64,000 nt of DNA from an uncultured Candidatus Binatia bacterium (GTDB lineage: Bacteria; Desulfobacterota; Binatia; UBA9968; JAJDTQ01). Below are positions 18,364 through 27,981 of the stretch, in pieces. The translations under genes and the position numbers were made by a program. How positions within the stretch are numbered: the first letter of the stretch is position 1; every line of letters starts with the position of its first letter. The notes below the pieces were generated by a model, which saw only the letters and a list, made by a program, of their open reading frames with translations, did no database searches and had not been told where the DNA came from. The stretch spans positions 2,848,001-2,912,000 of the forward strand of contig OZ244070.1 in assembly GCA_965215605.1 (NCBI GenBank). Reading direction: 5' to 3'.

Positions 18364-19260
18364 ATGAAGATACTTGTGACCGGAGCGACCGGGCTGGTCG
18401 GCAGCGCCCTGGTCCCGCTTCTCTCCGGCGGCGGTCATGAGGTGGCGCGGCTGGGCCGCGCCGCGGCGGGAACGGGCGACCTCCGCTGGGACCCGGACGC
18501 CGGCGTGCTCGAGGCGGCCGCGCTGGAGGGGTTCGACGGCGTGGTACACCTGGCCGGGGAGAACATCGCGTCCGGCCGCTGGACCGAGGCCAGGAAGCAG
18601 CGCATCAAGGAAAGCCGCGTAACCGGCACGCGCTTGCTTGCCGAGACACTCGCGGGCCTGGAGCGGCCGCCGCGGGTGCTGGTGTCGGCCTCCGCCATCG
18701 GCTTCTACGGCGACCGCGGCGAGGAGGAGCTCACGGAAGGGAGCCCGGCGGGCGCCGGCTTCCTTTCCGAGGTGTGCCGCGAATGGGAGGCGGCCACCGA
18801 GGCGGCGGAAGGAAAGGGCATCCGGGTCGCCCACGCGCGGCTGGGCGTGGTGCTCACCCGGGACGGCGGCGTCTTGGGCAAGATGCTGACCCCCTTCAGG
18901 CTCGGCGCCGGCGGCGTTCTCGGCAACGGCCGGCAGTACATGAGCTGGATCACCCTCGACGACACCGTTACGGCCATCGGCCACCTGCTCGGCACGGAGG
19001 CCGCGTCCGGTCCGGTGAACGTGGTGGCGCCGGCGGCGGTGACCAACCGCGAGTTCACCAAGACCTTGGGCCGCGTGCTGCGGCGTCCAACCCTGTTCCC
19101 CGTGCCCGGCTTCGCCGCCCGGCTGGCGTTCGGCGAGATGGCCGACGCGTTGCTGTTGGCCAGCACCCGTGTGAAGCCCGCCGGTCTGCTGGGCTCCGGG
19201 TACGCCTTCCGCCATGGCTCGCTGGAAGAGGGGCTGCGCCACGTCCTCGGCGCGCGTTGA
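18364..19260 (+). CDS. TIGR01777-family NAD-dependent epimerase (YfcH-like)
   Basis: TGATGLVG, HLAGENI, SASAIGFYG and GRQYMSWI motifs. Confidence 0.92.
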   Translation: MKILVTGATGLVGSALVPLLSGGGHEVARLGRAAAGTGDLRWDPDAGVLEAAALEGFDGVVHLAGENIASGRWTEARKQRIKESRVTGTRLLAETLAGLERPPRVLVSASAIGFYGDRGEEELTEGSPAGAGFLSEVCREWEAATEAAEGKGIRVAHARLGVVLTRDGGVLGKMLTPFRLGAGGVLGNGRQYMSWITLDDTVTAIGHLLGTEAASGPVNVVAPAAVTNREFTKTLGRVLRRPTLFPVPGFAARLAFGEMADALLLASTRVKPAGLLGSGYAFRHGSLEEGLRHVLGAR

Positions 19261-19958
19261 TGGACCCGGCCGCGCTTACCTTCATCGGCGTCTCGAAGGT
19301 GTACGAAGGGGCGGGTTCCGCGGAGCGCTACGCGTTGCGGGACGTCAGCTTCGAGATCGCCTCGGGCCGGACCGTGGCCATCGTCGGCCGCAGCGGCAGC
19401 GGCAAGTCCACGCTGCTGCACCTGGCCGCCGGCATCGACGTGCCCACCCGCGGGTCGGTGGCGGTGCGCGGCACGCCCCTGGAGGGTCTCAACGAGACAG
19501 CGCGCACCCGACTACGCCGCCACGAGATAGGTTTCGTCTTTCAGCTTTTCCATCTTCTTCCCCATTTGACGGTGCGGGACAACGTGGCCCTGCCGGAGCT
19601 CATCGCCGGCGCCCGGGAGCGTTCCTTCCGGGCGCGGGTGGCGGCGCTGCTGGAAAGGGTCGGGCTGCCGGACCGCGCGGACGATCCGGTGGCCGGGCTC
19701 AGCGGCGGCGAGATGCAGCGGGTGGCCATCTGCCGGGCCTTGTTGCGGCGTCCCCGCCTGTTGCTGGCGGACGAGCCCACCGGAAGCCTGGACGACGCCA
19801 GCGGTCAGGTGGTGATGGAGTTGATGCTGCAGATGGTGGCGGAGGAGGGGGCGACGCTGATCTACGCCACCCACAGCCGTGAGTTGGCGGCGATGGCCGA
19901 CCACACCCTGCGGCTCCACAGCGGGACCCTGGAGCCGGAACCGGACGCCGCGGGATAG
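19260..19958 (+). CDS. ABC transporter ATP-binding protein (LolD/MacB-like)
   Basis: [18 protein letters not shown] and LLADEPTG. The ATG overlaps the previous stop. Confidence 0.93.
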   Translation: MDPAALTFIGVSKVYEGAGSAERYALRDVSFEIASGRTVAIVGRSGSGKSTLLHLAAGIDVPTRGSVAVRGTPLEGLNETARTRLRRHEIGFVFQLFHLLPHLTVRDNVALPELIAGARERSFRARVAALLERVGLPDRADDPVAGLSGGEMQRVAICRALLRRPRLLLADEPTGSLDDASGQVVMELMLQMVAEEGATLIYATHSRELAAMADHTLRLHSGTLEPEPDAAG

Positions 19959-19967
19959 GCCCGGACC

Positions 19968-22518
19968 ATGCTGCGCTACTTCTACAGGACCGTTTCGGCG
20001 CACTGGCGCACCAACCCGGTGCTCTACGGCCTGACCGTCCTGGGCGTGGCGCTGGGAGTGGCCTCGGTCATCAGCATCCGCATCCTCAACCAGAGCGCCA
20101 TCGCCTCGTTCGCCGCGGGCGTCCGCACCATCGGCGGCGCCGCCGACGTGGTGGTCACCGGCAAGGGCGGGACCCTGCCCGACACGTTCTACCCGCGTGT
20201 CCGAGGCACCCCGGAGGTGGCCGCGGCCTGGCCGGTCTTCGAGACTACCGTGGGCCTGGAGGGATCTCCCGGCACCTTCGTGCGGTTGCTGGGCGTCGAT
20301 CTGCTGGCGCCCGCCCGAGACTTTTGGGAAGCGCTTTCCGGACTGCGGTCCGAAGCGGAGTCCGGAGCGGCCGTGCGCGGCCGGAGCGGCCGTGCGCGGC
20401 CGGGGCTGGGCGGCGGTGACGCCGGAACTGGCGGCGGCCATGGGCTGGACCGTGGGCGACCGGTTCCAGGTCCGTGACGGCGCCCGCGTGCGCACGCTCC
20501 GGGTCGGTGCGTTCATCGACTTCCAGCGCTGGGGGGCTTCCGGGGGCCGCCGCGCCCTGGTGACGGACATCGCCGAGGCCCAGTCCCTGTTCGGCGGCGC
20601 CGGGACGCTCCACCGCATCGGCGTTACGGCCGCGGAGGGCGCCGACCTCGCGGCGCTGGCGGACCGCATCGAGCGCGGGCTGGGCGGCCGCGTGGACGCC
20701 GTCACCCCGTCGGAGCGCACCGGGCAGGCGCAGCAGCTACTCGGCGCCTTCCGCTTGAATCTCACCGCCTTGAGCATGGTCAGCCTGCTGGTGGGCACGT
20801 TCCTCGTGTTCAGCAGCATGCGCGCCTGTCTGGTGTGGCAGCGGAGGGAGTTCGGGGTGCTGCGCTCCCTGGGCTCCACCCCGGCGCAGGTGCTGGCGCT
20901 GATCCTGGGGGAGGCGGCGCTGCTGGGGGTCATGGGGGTGGTCATCGGCATTGTCGCCGGCTACTGGACCGCCATCTGGAATCTGGACGCGGTAAGCTCG
21001 ACCCTGACCAACGTCTACATGCTCCAGGAGATCGAGTCGCTGGAAGTGTCGGGCGGCACCCTGGCGCTGGCCGTGTTCGCGGGCCTGGGGGGAGCCCTGA
21101 GCGGTACGCTGCTGCCGGCCCTGGACGTGTGGCGAAGGGACACCCGGGCCCTGTTGGATACGTTCCCGACGCAGTCCGCCGGGGTCGTTGCCGCCCGCAT
21201 GCTCTTCCGTTCCGGCCTCGTGCTGGTGGCCGGCGCCCTGGCTTGGTACTGGCTCGCGGGCTGGCGTTGGCGGCCGTCGGGTTTCATCCTCGCCACCGCC
21301 ATGATGCTGTGCCTGCCGCTGCTCGCGCCCTGGCTGGTGCAGCGCCTGACCGGCCGCGTCCGGGTGCCGAACTTCGGTTTCCGGTACGGCGTCCGGAGCC
21401 TGGGGGCGACCCTGGCCAACACCTCCTTCTCGGTATCGTCCCTGGCCATGGCCGTGTGCCTGCTGGTGGGTATTACCTTGCTGGTGGAGAGCTTCCGCGA
21501 GACCCTGGTGCGCTGGGTGGACCGCTCGTTGCGCGCGGACGTCTACGTGACCGCCACCGTCGCGGCACGGCCCGGACCGGGCGCCACTCTCAGTGCGCCG
21601 CTGGTGGAACGGCTGGCCCGGGAGCCCGAGGTGGAAGGCCTCGATCCTCTCCGCCGCCTGTTCCTGCCCGTGGGCGGCCGGCGCGTGGCGGTGGTGGGGG
21701 TGGACCTGAGCCGCCCGGCGGAGCAGCGGCGCTTGGGGCTGCTTTCCGGCGGCGATGCCGTGGACAGGGCGGTGCGGGACCGCGGCGTGCTCATCGGCGA
21801 GCCGTTGTCCCGGAGCGCGTCGTTGAAGGTAGGGGACCGCGTGGAAATCGAAGGCCCGGAGGGACCGGTGCTGCTGCCCGTGTCCGGCATCTACCGCGAC
21901 TACACCGAGGGCGGCTCGGTCACCCTGGACCTCGGCCTGATGGCGGATAAACTCGGGGCCGGCCCCCTCACCAGCATCGCCCTTCACCTGAAGCCCGGCG
22001 CCGATGCCGAAGCCGTGGCCGCCGGCATCGAGAGCCGGCACCCTCGAGACTCCCTCAGGGTCCGAAGCAACCAACGCCTCAAGGACGACGTGCTTCACGT
22101 CTTCGACCAGACCTTCGCGGTGACCCGCATCCTCCAGGTCATGAGCCTCATCATCGCTGCCTGCGCCATCACCCTGACCCTGCTGGTGGTGGCCCAGGAA
22201 AAGGCCAGCGAGATCGCCCTCTACCGCACTCTGGGCGCCTACCGCCGGCAGGTGTTCCTGCTGTTCGTGAGCAAGGGCACCGCCATGGCCTTCCTCGGCC
22301 TGGCCATGGGCTACGCCGCCGGCGTCGCCCTCGGCATGATCCTGATCTTCGTCATCCAGAAGAGCTACTTCGGCTGGAGCATCGAGTGGACCTGGCCCTG
22401 GCTCCCCCTGGCCGGCGAAGCCCTTGCCATCGTTTGCGCCGCGGTGCTGGCGAGCCTGTACCCGGCGTTCAGAGCCAGCCGCACGCCGGCCAACGAGTTG
22501 TGTCATGCGGATGCGTGA
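19968..22518 (+). pseudogene. FtsX/MacB-type ABC permease, frameshifted by a 19-bp tandem duplication
   Basis: ORFs 19968 and 20197 are the two halves. CCGGAGCGGCCGTGCGCGG occurs twice (20362-20380 and 20381-20399). Removing one copy gives a continuous 843-aa protein. Confidence 0.85.
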
Positions 22519-23662
22519 GCGGAAAGCCGGGCGCCCCTCGGGTCTGCTGGCATGGGTGCTCATGCTGGCGGGCGTCATGCTCTGGTCCGACGCCACGGTC
22601 CACGCCTGGACCCCGGCCCAGCCCGGCTACGTCTGGTCGTTCCCGCGCGACCATTGGGCCCGGGACGGCTACAAGACCGAATGGTGGTACTTCACCGGCC
22701 ACCTGCGCACCGTCGAGGAGCCCGCGCGCCGTTTCGGTTTTCAGTTCACCTTCTTCAGGATCGGCGTGTCGCAGGAGCTGCCCGACAGCGGCTCCGCGTG
22801 GAGCGCCGGCAACCTCATCATGGGTCACGCCGCCCTGACCGACCTGGAGACCGGCCGGCATCGCTTCAGCGAGCTGGTGGTACGGGCGGCCCCGCTGCTG
22901 GCCGGTTTCGGACGCCACCCGGACCCCCGGCTGGCCTGGAGCGTCGGCCCTCCGGGGACCCCGGAGCCGTGGGAGCTCCGGTGGAACGGTAACGGTTTCG
23001 ACTTCACCATGGCCGACGCGGGAAAGTCCTTTGGCTTCAGCCTGTCCACGCGCCCCCTCAAGCCGGTGGTGTTCCAGGGCCCCGGCGGCCTCAGCCGGAA
23101 GGGGGAGGGCGCCACCGAGGCCAGTCACTACTACAGCTTCACCCGCATGGCCACCACCGGCACGGTCCGCGTGGACGGCAAGGAGTTGGATGTCGGCGGG
23201 ACGAGCTGGATGGACAAGGAGTTCGGGTCCAACCAGCTCGGCGAGGACACGCAAGGGTGGGACTGGTTCAGCCTCCAGCTCGACGACGGGCGTGAGGTCA
23301 TGCTCTATCTGCTCCGGAGCCGTGACGGCGGTACTCGCTACGCCGGCGCCACGCTGGTGGACCCCGAGGGCGGCGGCCGCTACCTGCGCTCCGGTGAATG
23401 GATGTTGAACGCCACCGGCCAATGGACGAGCCCTGTCACCGATGCCACCTATCCTGCCGGCTGGACCCTCGATATCCCCACCGCCGCCATCCGCGCGGTC
23501 ATCAGCCCCGAGTTCGCCGATCAAGAAAACCGCAGCGCGCTGATCCCGAACCTGTTCTACTGGGAAGGCTCCGTCCGGGTCGAGGATGGGCAGCACAGGC
23601 GTATCGGACAAGGTTACGTGGAACTGACGGGGTACGGGGAGAACAGCCGCCCGCCGATTTGA
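22511..23662 (+). CDS. AttH/CrtC-like lipocalin-fold protein with signal peptide
   Basis: FPRDH, TEWWYFTG, QFTFFR, WMDKEF, GWDWF, YWEG and GYVELTGY motifs. Confidence 0.88.
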   Translation: MRERKAGRPSGLLAWVLMLAGVMLWSDATVHAWTPAQPGYVWSFPRDHWARDGYKTEWWYFTGHLRTVEEPARRFGFQFTFFRIGVSQELPDSGSAWSAGNLIMGHAALTDLETGRHRFSELVVRAAPLLAGFGRHPDPRLAWSVGPPGTPEPWELRWNGNGFDFTMADAGKSFGFSLSTRPLKPVVFQGPGGLSRKGEGATEASHYYSFTRMATTGTVRVDGKELDVGGTSWMDKEFGSNQLGEDTQGWDWFSLQLDDGREVMLYLLRSRDGGTRYAGATLVDPEGGGRYLRSGEWMLNATGQWTSPVTDATYPAGWTLDIPTAAIRAVISPEFADQENRSALIPNLFYWEGSVRVEDGQHRRIGQGYVELTGYGENSRPPI

Positions 23663-23867
23663 ACTCCAGGGTGTAGAAACGGGGAGCGCTTTGGGTGTCG
23701 GGTCGGAGAGTCGTACAATGGAGGGCACGTCAGAGGCGACGAGAACCCTCGACGGCTGTATCGTTACCGCAAGCCGTGGTCTGGGCTCTTTGATCGCCAT
23801 GTCACAAGAAATATGAAGCTCGGACCGCCGAGGGGGGTGTCTGGCAAGGATGTGATTTGGCTTGTAA

Positions 23868-24686
23868 CGAGTACTCTTTTCCGATAACCCGGAACGCTAT
23901 GTTGCCGGCGCCTGCGTCAAGATCGGCTTCTTCGTGACCAATGACGATTTGCGGTATCAGGACGAGATTCACGGCAACCTGTTCAGCCAAGCTGAGAAAA
24001 CACTTGAGCTTCTGTTCTCCAAGTACCTGAAAGCCTATATCAGCTATGTGGGAATCCAGCGGCGGGAGAAGTTCCTGTTTCCCTACCAAGCCGTGCGTGA
24101 AGCGCTGCTCAATGCGGTTGTGCACAAGGATTACGGCAGCGGTATACCGATCCAGATCAGGGTTTATGACGACAAGGTAGTGCTGTGGAATTCCGGACAG
24201 CTACCGCAGGAATGGACGCTCGAACGACTTTTGGGCGAACACCCCTCAGCACCCTACAACCCACTCATCGCCAGCGCCTTTTTCCGCGCCGGCTACATAG
24301 AATCCTGGGGCCGCGGCATCGATAAGATTGATCGCGAATGCCGCGAACATGACATTGATCCACCTCGGTATGACAACAGCATGTCGGGGCTGATGCTGAC
24401 TTTTCAGGCGAACCCCGCGCATCTGGCAGCTACTCCTCATGCCGTCGGTGCGGAGGTGAATGCAGGGGTAGTGTCGGTAGAAACGCAGGTAGAAACGCAG
24501 GTAGAAACGCGGGACAGAATTGTCGAACTGCTCCGGGCACACCCGCATTTGACGTTGGCTGAGATAGCCGCTCAACTTGGCAAGTCAGTCTCGGCCATTG
24601 AGCGGGCAAGCGCCAAACTGACCCGCGAAGGACGGCTTCGCCGAGTTGGCCCCCGTAAAGGCGGCCACTGGGAAGTGATGAAATGA
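23868..24686 (+). pseudogene. N-terminally truncated ATP-binding transcriptional regulator (HATPase-like plus HTH; AlbA domain missing)
   Basis: AVREALLNAVVHKDY, NPLIA, IESWGRG and C-terminal HTH ...GGHWEV. Homology extends upstream only to the in-frame TAA at 23865. 12-bp VETQ repeats at 24477-24510. Confidence 0.75.
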
Positions 24687-24757
24687 CCAGCACCGGCGGT
24701 GTCGGTCAACCCGAACGCACCACCCAGAATCGGGTGGTCGCCCTGTTCCGCGACCAA
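24683..24757 (+). pseudogene. First ~25 codons of a type I restriction HsdR
   Basis: MTSTGGVGQPERTTQNRVVALFRDQ resembles an HsdR N-terminus (recalled pattern VGQxERxTQNRVxxLF). ATGA overlap with the previous gene. Confidence 0.6.
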
Positions 24758-24861
24758 CCCGCAGTAAGGCGACCTGAGCTGCATTCACTTCGCGCGGCTG
24801 CTGGAAAGGACCTTCCGCGGCTTCGTGCCGCCGCCCGTCCGCGTCCAGAAGGGAGGATTCC

Positions 24862-25410
24862 ATGAAGACATCCGTGGCAATCGTCGTCGCGGCGTTGGCG
24901 TGGGCCGGCGCGTTTGGCTCCGTAGCGGCGGAGGCACCCGCCGGGCCGGTGGTGCTGACCGTCGCGGGCGACATCGCGACGGCCAACCGGCCTGCCTACG
25001 ACGAAGAACGCGACGTGTTCCTCAAGTATCACAAGCGCACCTTCGACAGGGCGTTCGCGTTCGACCGCGCCATGTTGGAGAGCCTGGGGGTCAGAAAGGT
25101 CCGCGCCGGCGAGAGTTGGGCCGGCCCCAGGACCGTGACCGGCCCGCGTCTGGCGGACGTTCTGGAAGCCGCGGGTTGCCGTGGCAGGGCGCTCGAATTC
25201 CTGGCCCTCGACGGATTCCGTTTCAGTTTGTCCAGGGAGGATGTCGAAGCGCGCGAGTGGGTGGTCGCGACCCGGGCCGACGGCCGGCCCCTTGGCCTGG
25301 GGGACCGGGGTCCCCTCTGGCTGGTTATCGATCCCCCCGGCGAACGGCCGGCCACGGCAAAGGAGATCGGCCACGGGCCCTGGGCGCTGTTCTTCATCGA
25401 GTGTCAATAG
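24862..25410 (+). CDS. Exported molybdopterin-oxidoreductase-like domain protein
   Basis: Signal peptide; VVLTVAG, GPRLADVL, ALDG and GDRGPLWLV motifs; GGAGG RBS. Confidence 0.7.
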   Translation: MKTSVAIVVAALAWAGAFGSVAAEAPAGPVVLTVAGDIATANRPAYDEERDVFLKYHKRTFDRAFAFDRAMLESLGVRKVRAGESWAGPRTVTGPRLADVLEAAGCRGRALEFLALDGFRFSLSREDVEAREWVVATRADGRPLGLGDRGPLWLVIDPPGERPATAKEIGHGPWALFFIECQ

Positions 25411-25511
25411 GCACGGTTTGGTGTTTGTACGGCGCCCCGGAACCGTCTGGGATTTTTCATGGGCATTCGTTTGTCCGCCGGTTCTCAAGACAGGCCAACG
25501 GGAGGGGATTG

Positions 25512-26339
25512 ATGTCGGATATCAACGAAGTCGGCGCCACCGCCTTTCTCATCGCGGGCATCCGGGAGCAGGAGAAGGACCGGGAACACCCGCTCTTCAA
25601 GGATCCCTACGCGGAGTGGTTCGTCAATGACGAAATCCGGGCGAAGCTCCGGCAGGTGTTCACGGCCTTGCCCGAGGGGATGGAACTGGTCCGTTACCGT
25701 TCCGCCCTGTTCGATGACATCATCCGGCGCGAGACCGGCAACGGCATGCGCCAAGTGGTCATTCTCGGCTCCGGGTTCGACATGCGGCCGCATGTGTTTC
25801 AGGCCGAGGGCGTACGGTTCTGCGACGTGGACCAGGCCGCGGTGCTGGCGTTCAAGGGCAGGGTGCTGGAAGGCCACGGCCTGACCCCTTGCGCGGCCAT
25901 CCCGTGCAACTATCTCGAAGTCGACCTGCCCGCGAAGCTGGCGGAGGCGGGGTTCGATCCGGATGCGCCGATGCTGATCGTCTGGGAGGGAAACACCATG
26001 TACCTGCCGGAGGAACTCATCCACGGCTTCCTCAACCGGCTGCGCCAGGGGATACGGTCCTTCAGGATCGCCTTCGACTTCTTCGCCAGAAGCGTCATCG
26101 ACCGCACCACCGGCGACGAGAACATCACCGCCACCACCGATGCCTTCGAGAACACTCTGAACGTGAAATGGCTGACGGGCTTCGACGACCTTTCCGTTCT
26201 GGAGGAGCGCACCGGCTTGAAAGCGGTGGAGTTCGGGAGCCTGCTGGACTTCGGCAAACGGTTGGCGCCGGATTACCCGACGGATATTCCGCAGTTGGAC
26301 CTGTACCATTACGGAATCATGAGTCACGGGGAGGGCTGA
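25512..26339 (+). CDS. SAM-dependent methyltransferase (LCM/TIGR00027-like)
   Basis: LFKDPYA, QVVILGSGFDMR, DVD and WEGNTMYL motifs. Confidence 0.88.
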   Translation: MSDINEVGATAFLIAGIREQEKDREHPLFKDPYAEWFVNDEIRAKLRQVFTALPEGMELVRYRSALFDDIIRRETGNGMRQVVILGSGFDMRPHVFQAEGVRFCDVDQAAVLAFKGRVLEGHGLTPCAAIPCNYLEVDLPAKLAEAGFDPDAPMLIVWEGNTMYLPEELIHGFLNRLRQGIRSFRIAFDFFARSVIDRTTGDENITATTDAFENTLNVKWLTGFDDLSVLEERTGLKAVEFGSLLDFGKRLAPDYPTDIPQLDLYHYGIMSHGEG

Positions 26340-26456
26340 GCAGCGCCCCGGGGCTTCCGCGATTCTCCATGAGCCCGCCGATCCGGACTTTCCCGAGCTC
26401 TCCAAGGCGGCCGCGGCGTTCCTTTGACAGCGTGCAGGGCGTGGTACCCTGAAAGC

Positions 26457-26903
26457 ATGAAGACCTACACCCTGCATTCGGAGCTGTGGCTTCCCCGACC
26501 GGTTGCCGAGGTGTTCCCGTTCTTTGCCGACGCGGCCAACCTGCAACGGATCACGCCGCCCTGGCTCCGGTTCGAGGTTAAGACGCCGGCTCCGTTGGAA
26601 ATGAGGGTGGGGGCCTTGATCGATTACCGTCTCCGCGTGCGCGGCTTCCCCATCCGGTGGCGTTCGGAGATCACCTGCTGGGATCCGCCGCGGCGGTTCG
26701 TGGACGAGCAGCGGCGCGGACCCTACCGGCTCTGGGTCCACGAGCACACGTTCACGGAGCTGGACGGCGGCACCCGGGTGGAGGATACGGTGGACTATGC
26801 GGTCCATTTCGGCGGCCTTGTCCAGAGGTTCCTGGTGGGGCCGGACCTCCGAAGGATCTTCGAGTACCGGAAGAGGAAGCTGCAGGAGTTGATGGAGCGC
26901 TAG
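26457..26903 (+). CDS. SRPBCC (START-like) family protein
   Basis: FFADAANLQRITPP, FVDEQRRGPY..WVHEH and IFEYR motifs. Confidence 0.88.
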   Translation: MKTYTLHSELWLPRPVAEVFPFFADAANLQRITPPWLRFEVKTPAPLEMRVGALIDYRLRVRGFPIRWRSEITCWDPPRRFVDEQRRGPYRLWVHEHTFTELDGGTRVEDTVDYAVHFGGLVQRFLVGPDLRRIFEYRKRKLQELMER

Positions 26904-26921
26904 TGTCCGTGGAGTCCGGGC

Positions 26922-27854
26922 TCACGGATCCGAGCCCGGCCGGCGCAGGAAGCTCTGGCGCAGCACGTACGCGGCCCCGTGTTCTGTGGCGTGGCGGCGT
27001 ATCAGGTCTACGGGCGCGGACAGTGGAACCCGTCCCAGGCGATAGTCGTCCACCAGCGCAGCGAGCTGTTTCCGCCCTTCGGGGTCGAGCCGCGCGGAGA
27101 GGAAGCCCGCCAGGTGCTGCAGCGCGTTGGTGTTGGTCTTCCTCGTCGCCGGCTGTTTCAGGGCTTCCATGAACATGCTGCCGTATCGAGCCGTCACCGC
27201 TTCCAGGGAGCCGCCGCCGGCTTCGGCCAGCAGGCGGCCGAGGAGCCGCAGACGGCGCTCGCTGTGGGCCAGAAGGGTCAGCTTGTGGGATGCATGGAAG
27301 TCCGTGAGTCCCGCCAGCGACGGCCCCGAGCCGGCGCACTCACGCCATTCGCGGTACCCGTGGACGCGCTCGATGAAGTTCTCGCACAGCGCCTCATCGT
27401 CCAGGCGGTCTTCCGCTTCCACCGGCAGCAGCGGCAGGGCGCCGGCCAGCGCCCGGGCGAACAGGCCGGCGCCCGCGGGGCTCGCCGTCCCGGCTTCCGA
27501 ACGGACCGGGACGCGGTCCGGCCCGCAACTCGGCGAGCCCGTCTTCAGGACGAACCCGCAGACCTCGAGCCGCTCGATCTCGGCCGCCCGTTCTCGCCCG
27601 TAGCGCCGCATGATCCCGGTCCAGTCCCGGCCGGAACGCTTTCCGACCATGCGGGGCGCACGGGGGTCTCCGACCAGGTCCACGGGTTCCCGCGGCACGC
27701 CCATTCCCACCTCCATCTCCGGGCAGACGGCAACGATCTCGAAGGAGCGGTACAACGTATCGGTGACGGTCGGGTGGCGCTTGTGGCCGCCGTCGTGACG
27801 GACGGGGTGGCCCAGCAGGCAACTGCTGACGCCGATGCGGGGCTTGATCGACAT
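26922..27854 (-). CDS. YbgA-family DUF523/DUF1722 protein
   Basis: GVSSCLLGHPVRHDGGH, CPE..GMGVPRE, SPSCG, FHASHKL and NALQHLAG motifs. Confidence 0.9.
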   Translation of the reverse strand: MSIKPRIGVSSCLLGHPVRHDGGHKRHPTVTDTLYRSFEIVAVCPEMEVGMGVPREPVDLVGDPRAPRMVGKRSGRDWTGIMRRYGRERAAEIERLEVCGFVLKTGSPSCGPDRVPVRSEAGTASPAGAGLFARALAGALPLLPVEAEDRLDDEALCENFIERVHGYREWRECAGSGPSLAGLTDFHASHKLTLLAHSERRLRLLGRLLAEAGGGSLEAVTARYGSMFMEALKQPATRKTNTNALQHLAGFLSARLDPEGRKQLAALVDDYRLGRVPLSAPVDLIRRHATEHGAAYVLRQSFLRRPGSDP

Positions 27855-27981
27855 GGTGAACAGGGAAGAGGCCGGACGGGAGGAGTGGCCGTCGTTTTTC
27901 CTTGGCCGGACACGCTTCCGGGATGGATTATAGCGCAGTGTCCCCTGTAAACTAGTGTGGGACCGGAATCGGAAAGCGAAG

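Noticed and set aside
27900-27981. Possible CarH/PpsR operator between ybgA and crtI
   Set aside because: No convincing TGT-N12-ACA palindrome or 11-bp direct-repeat array.
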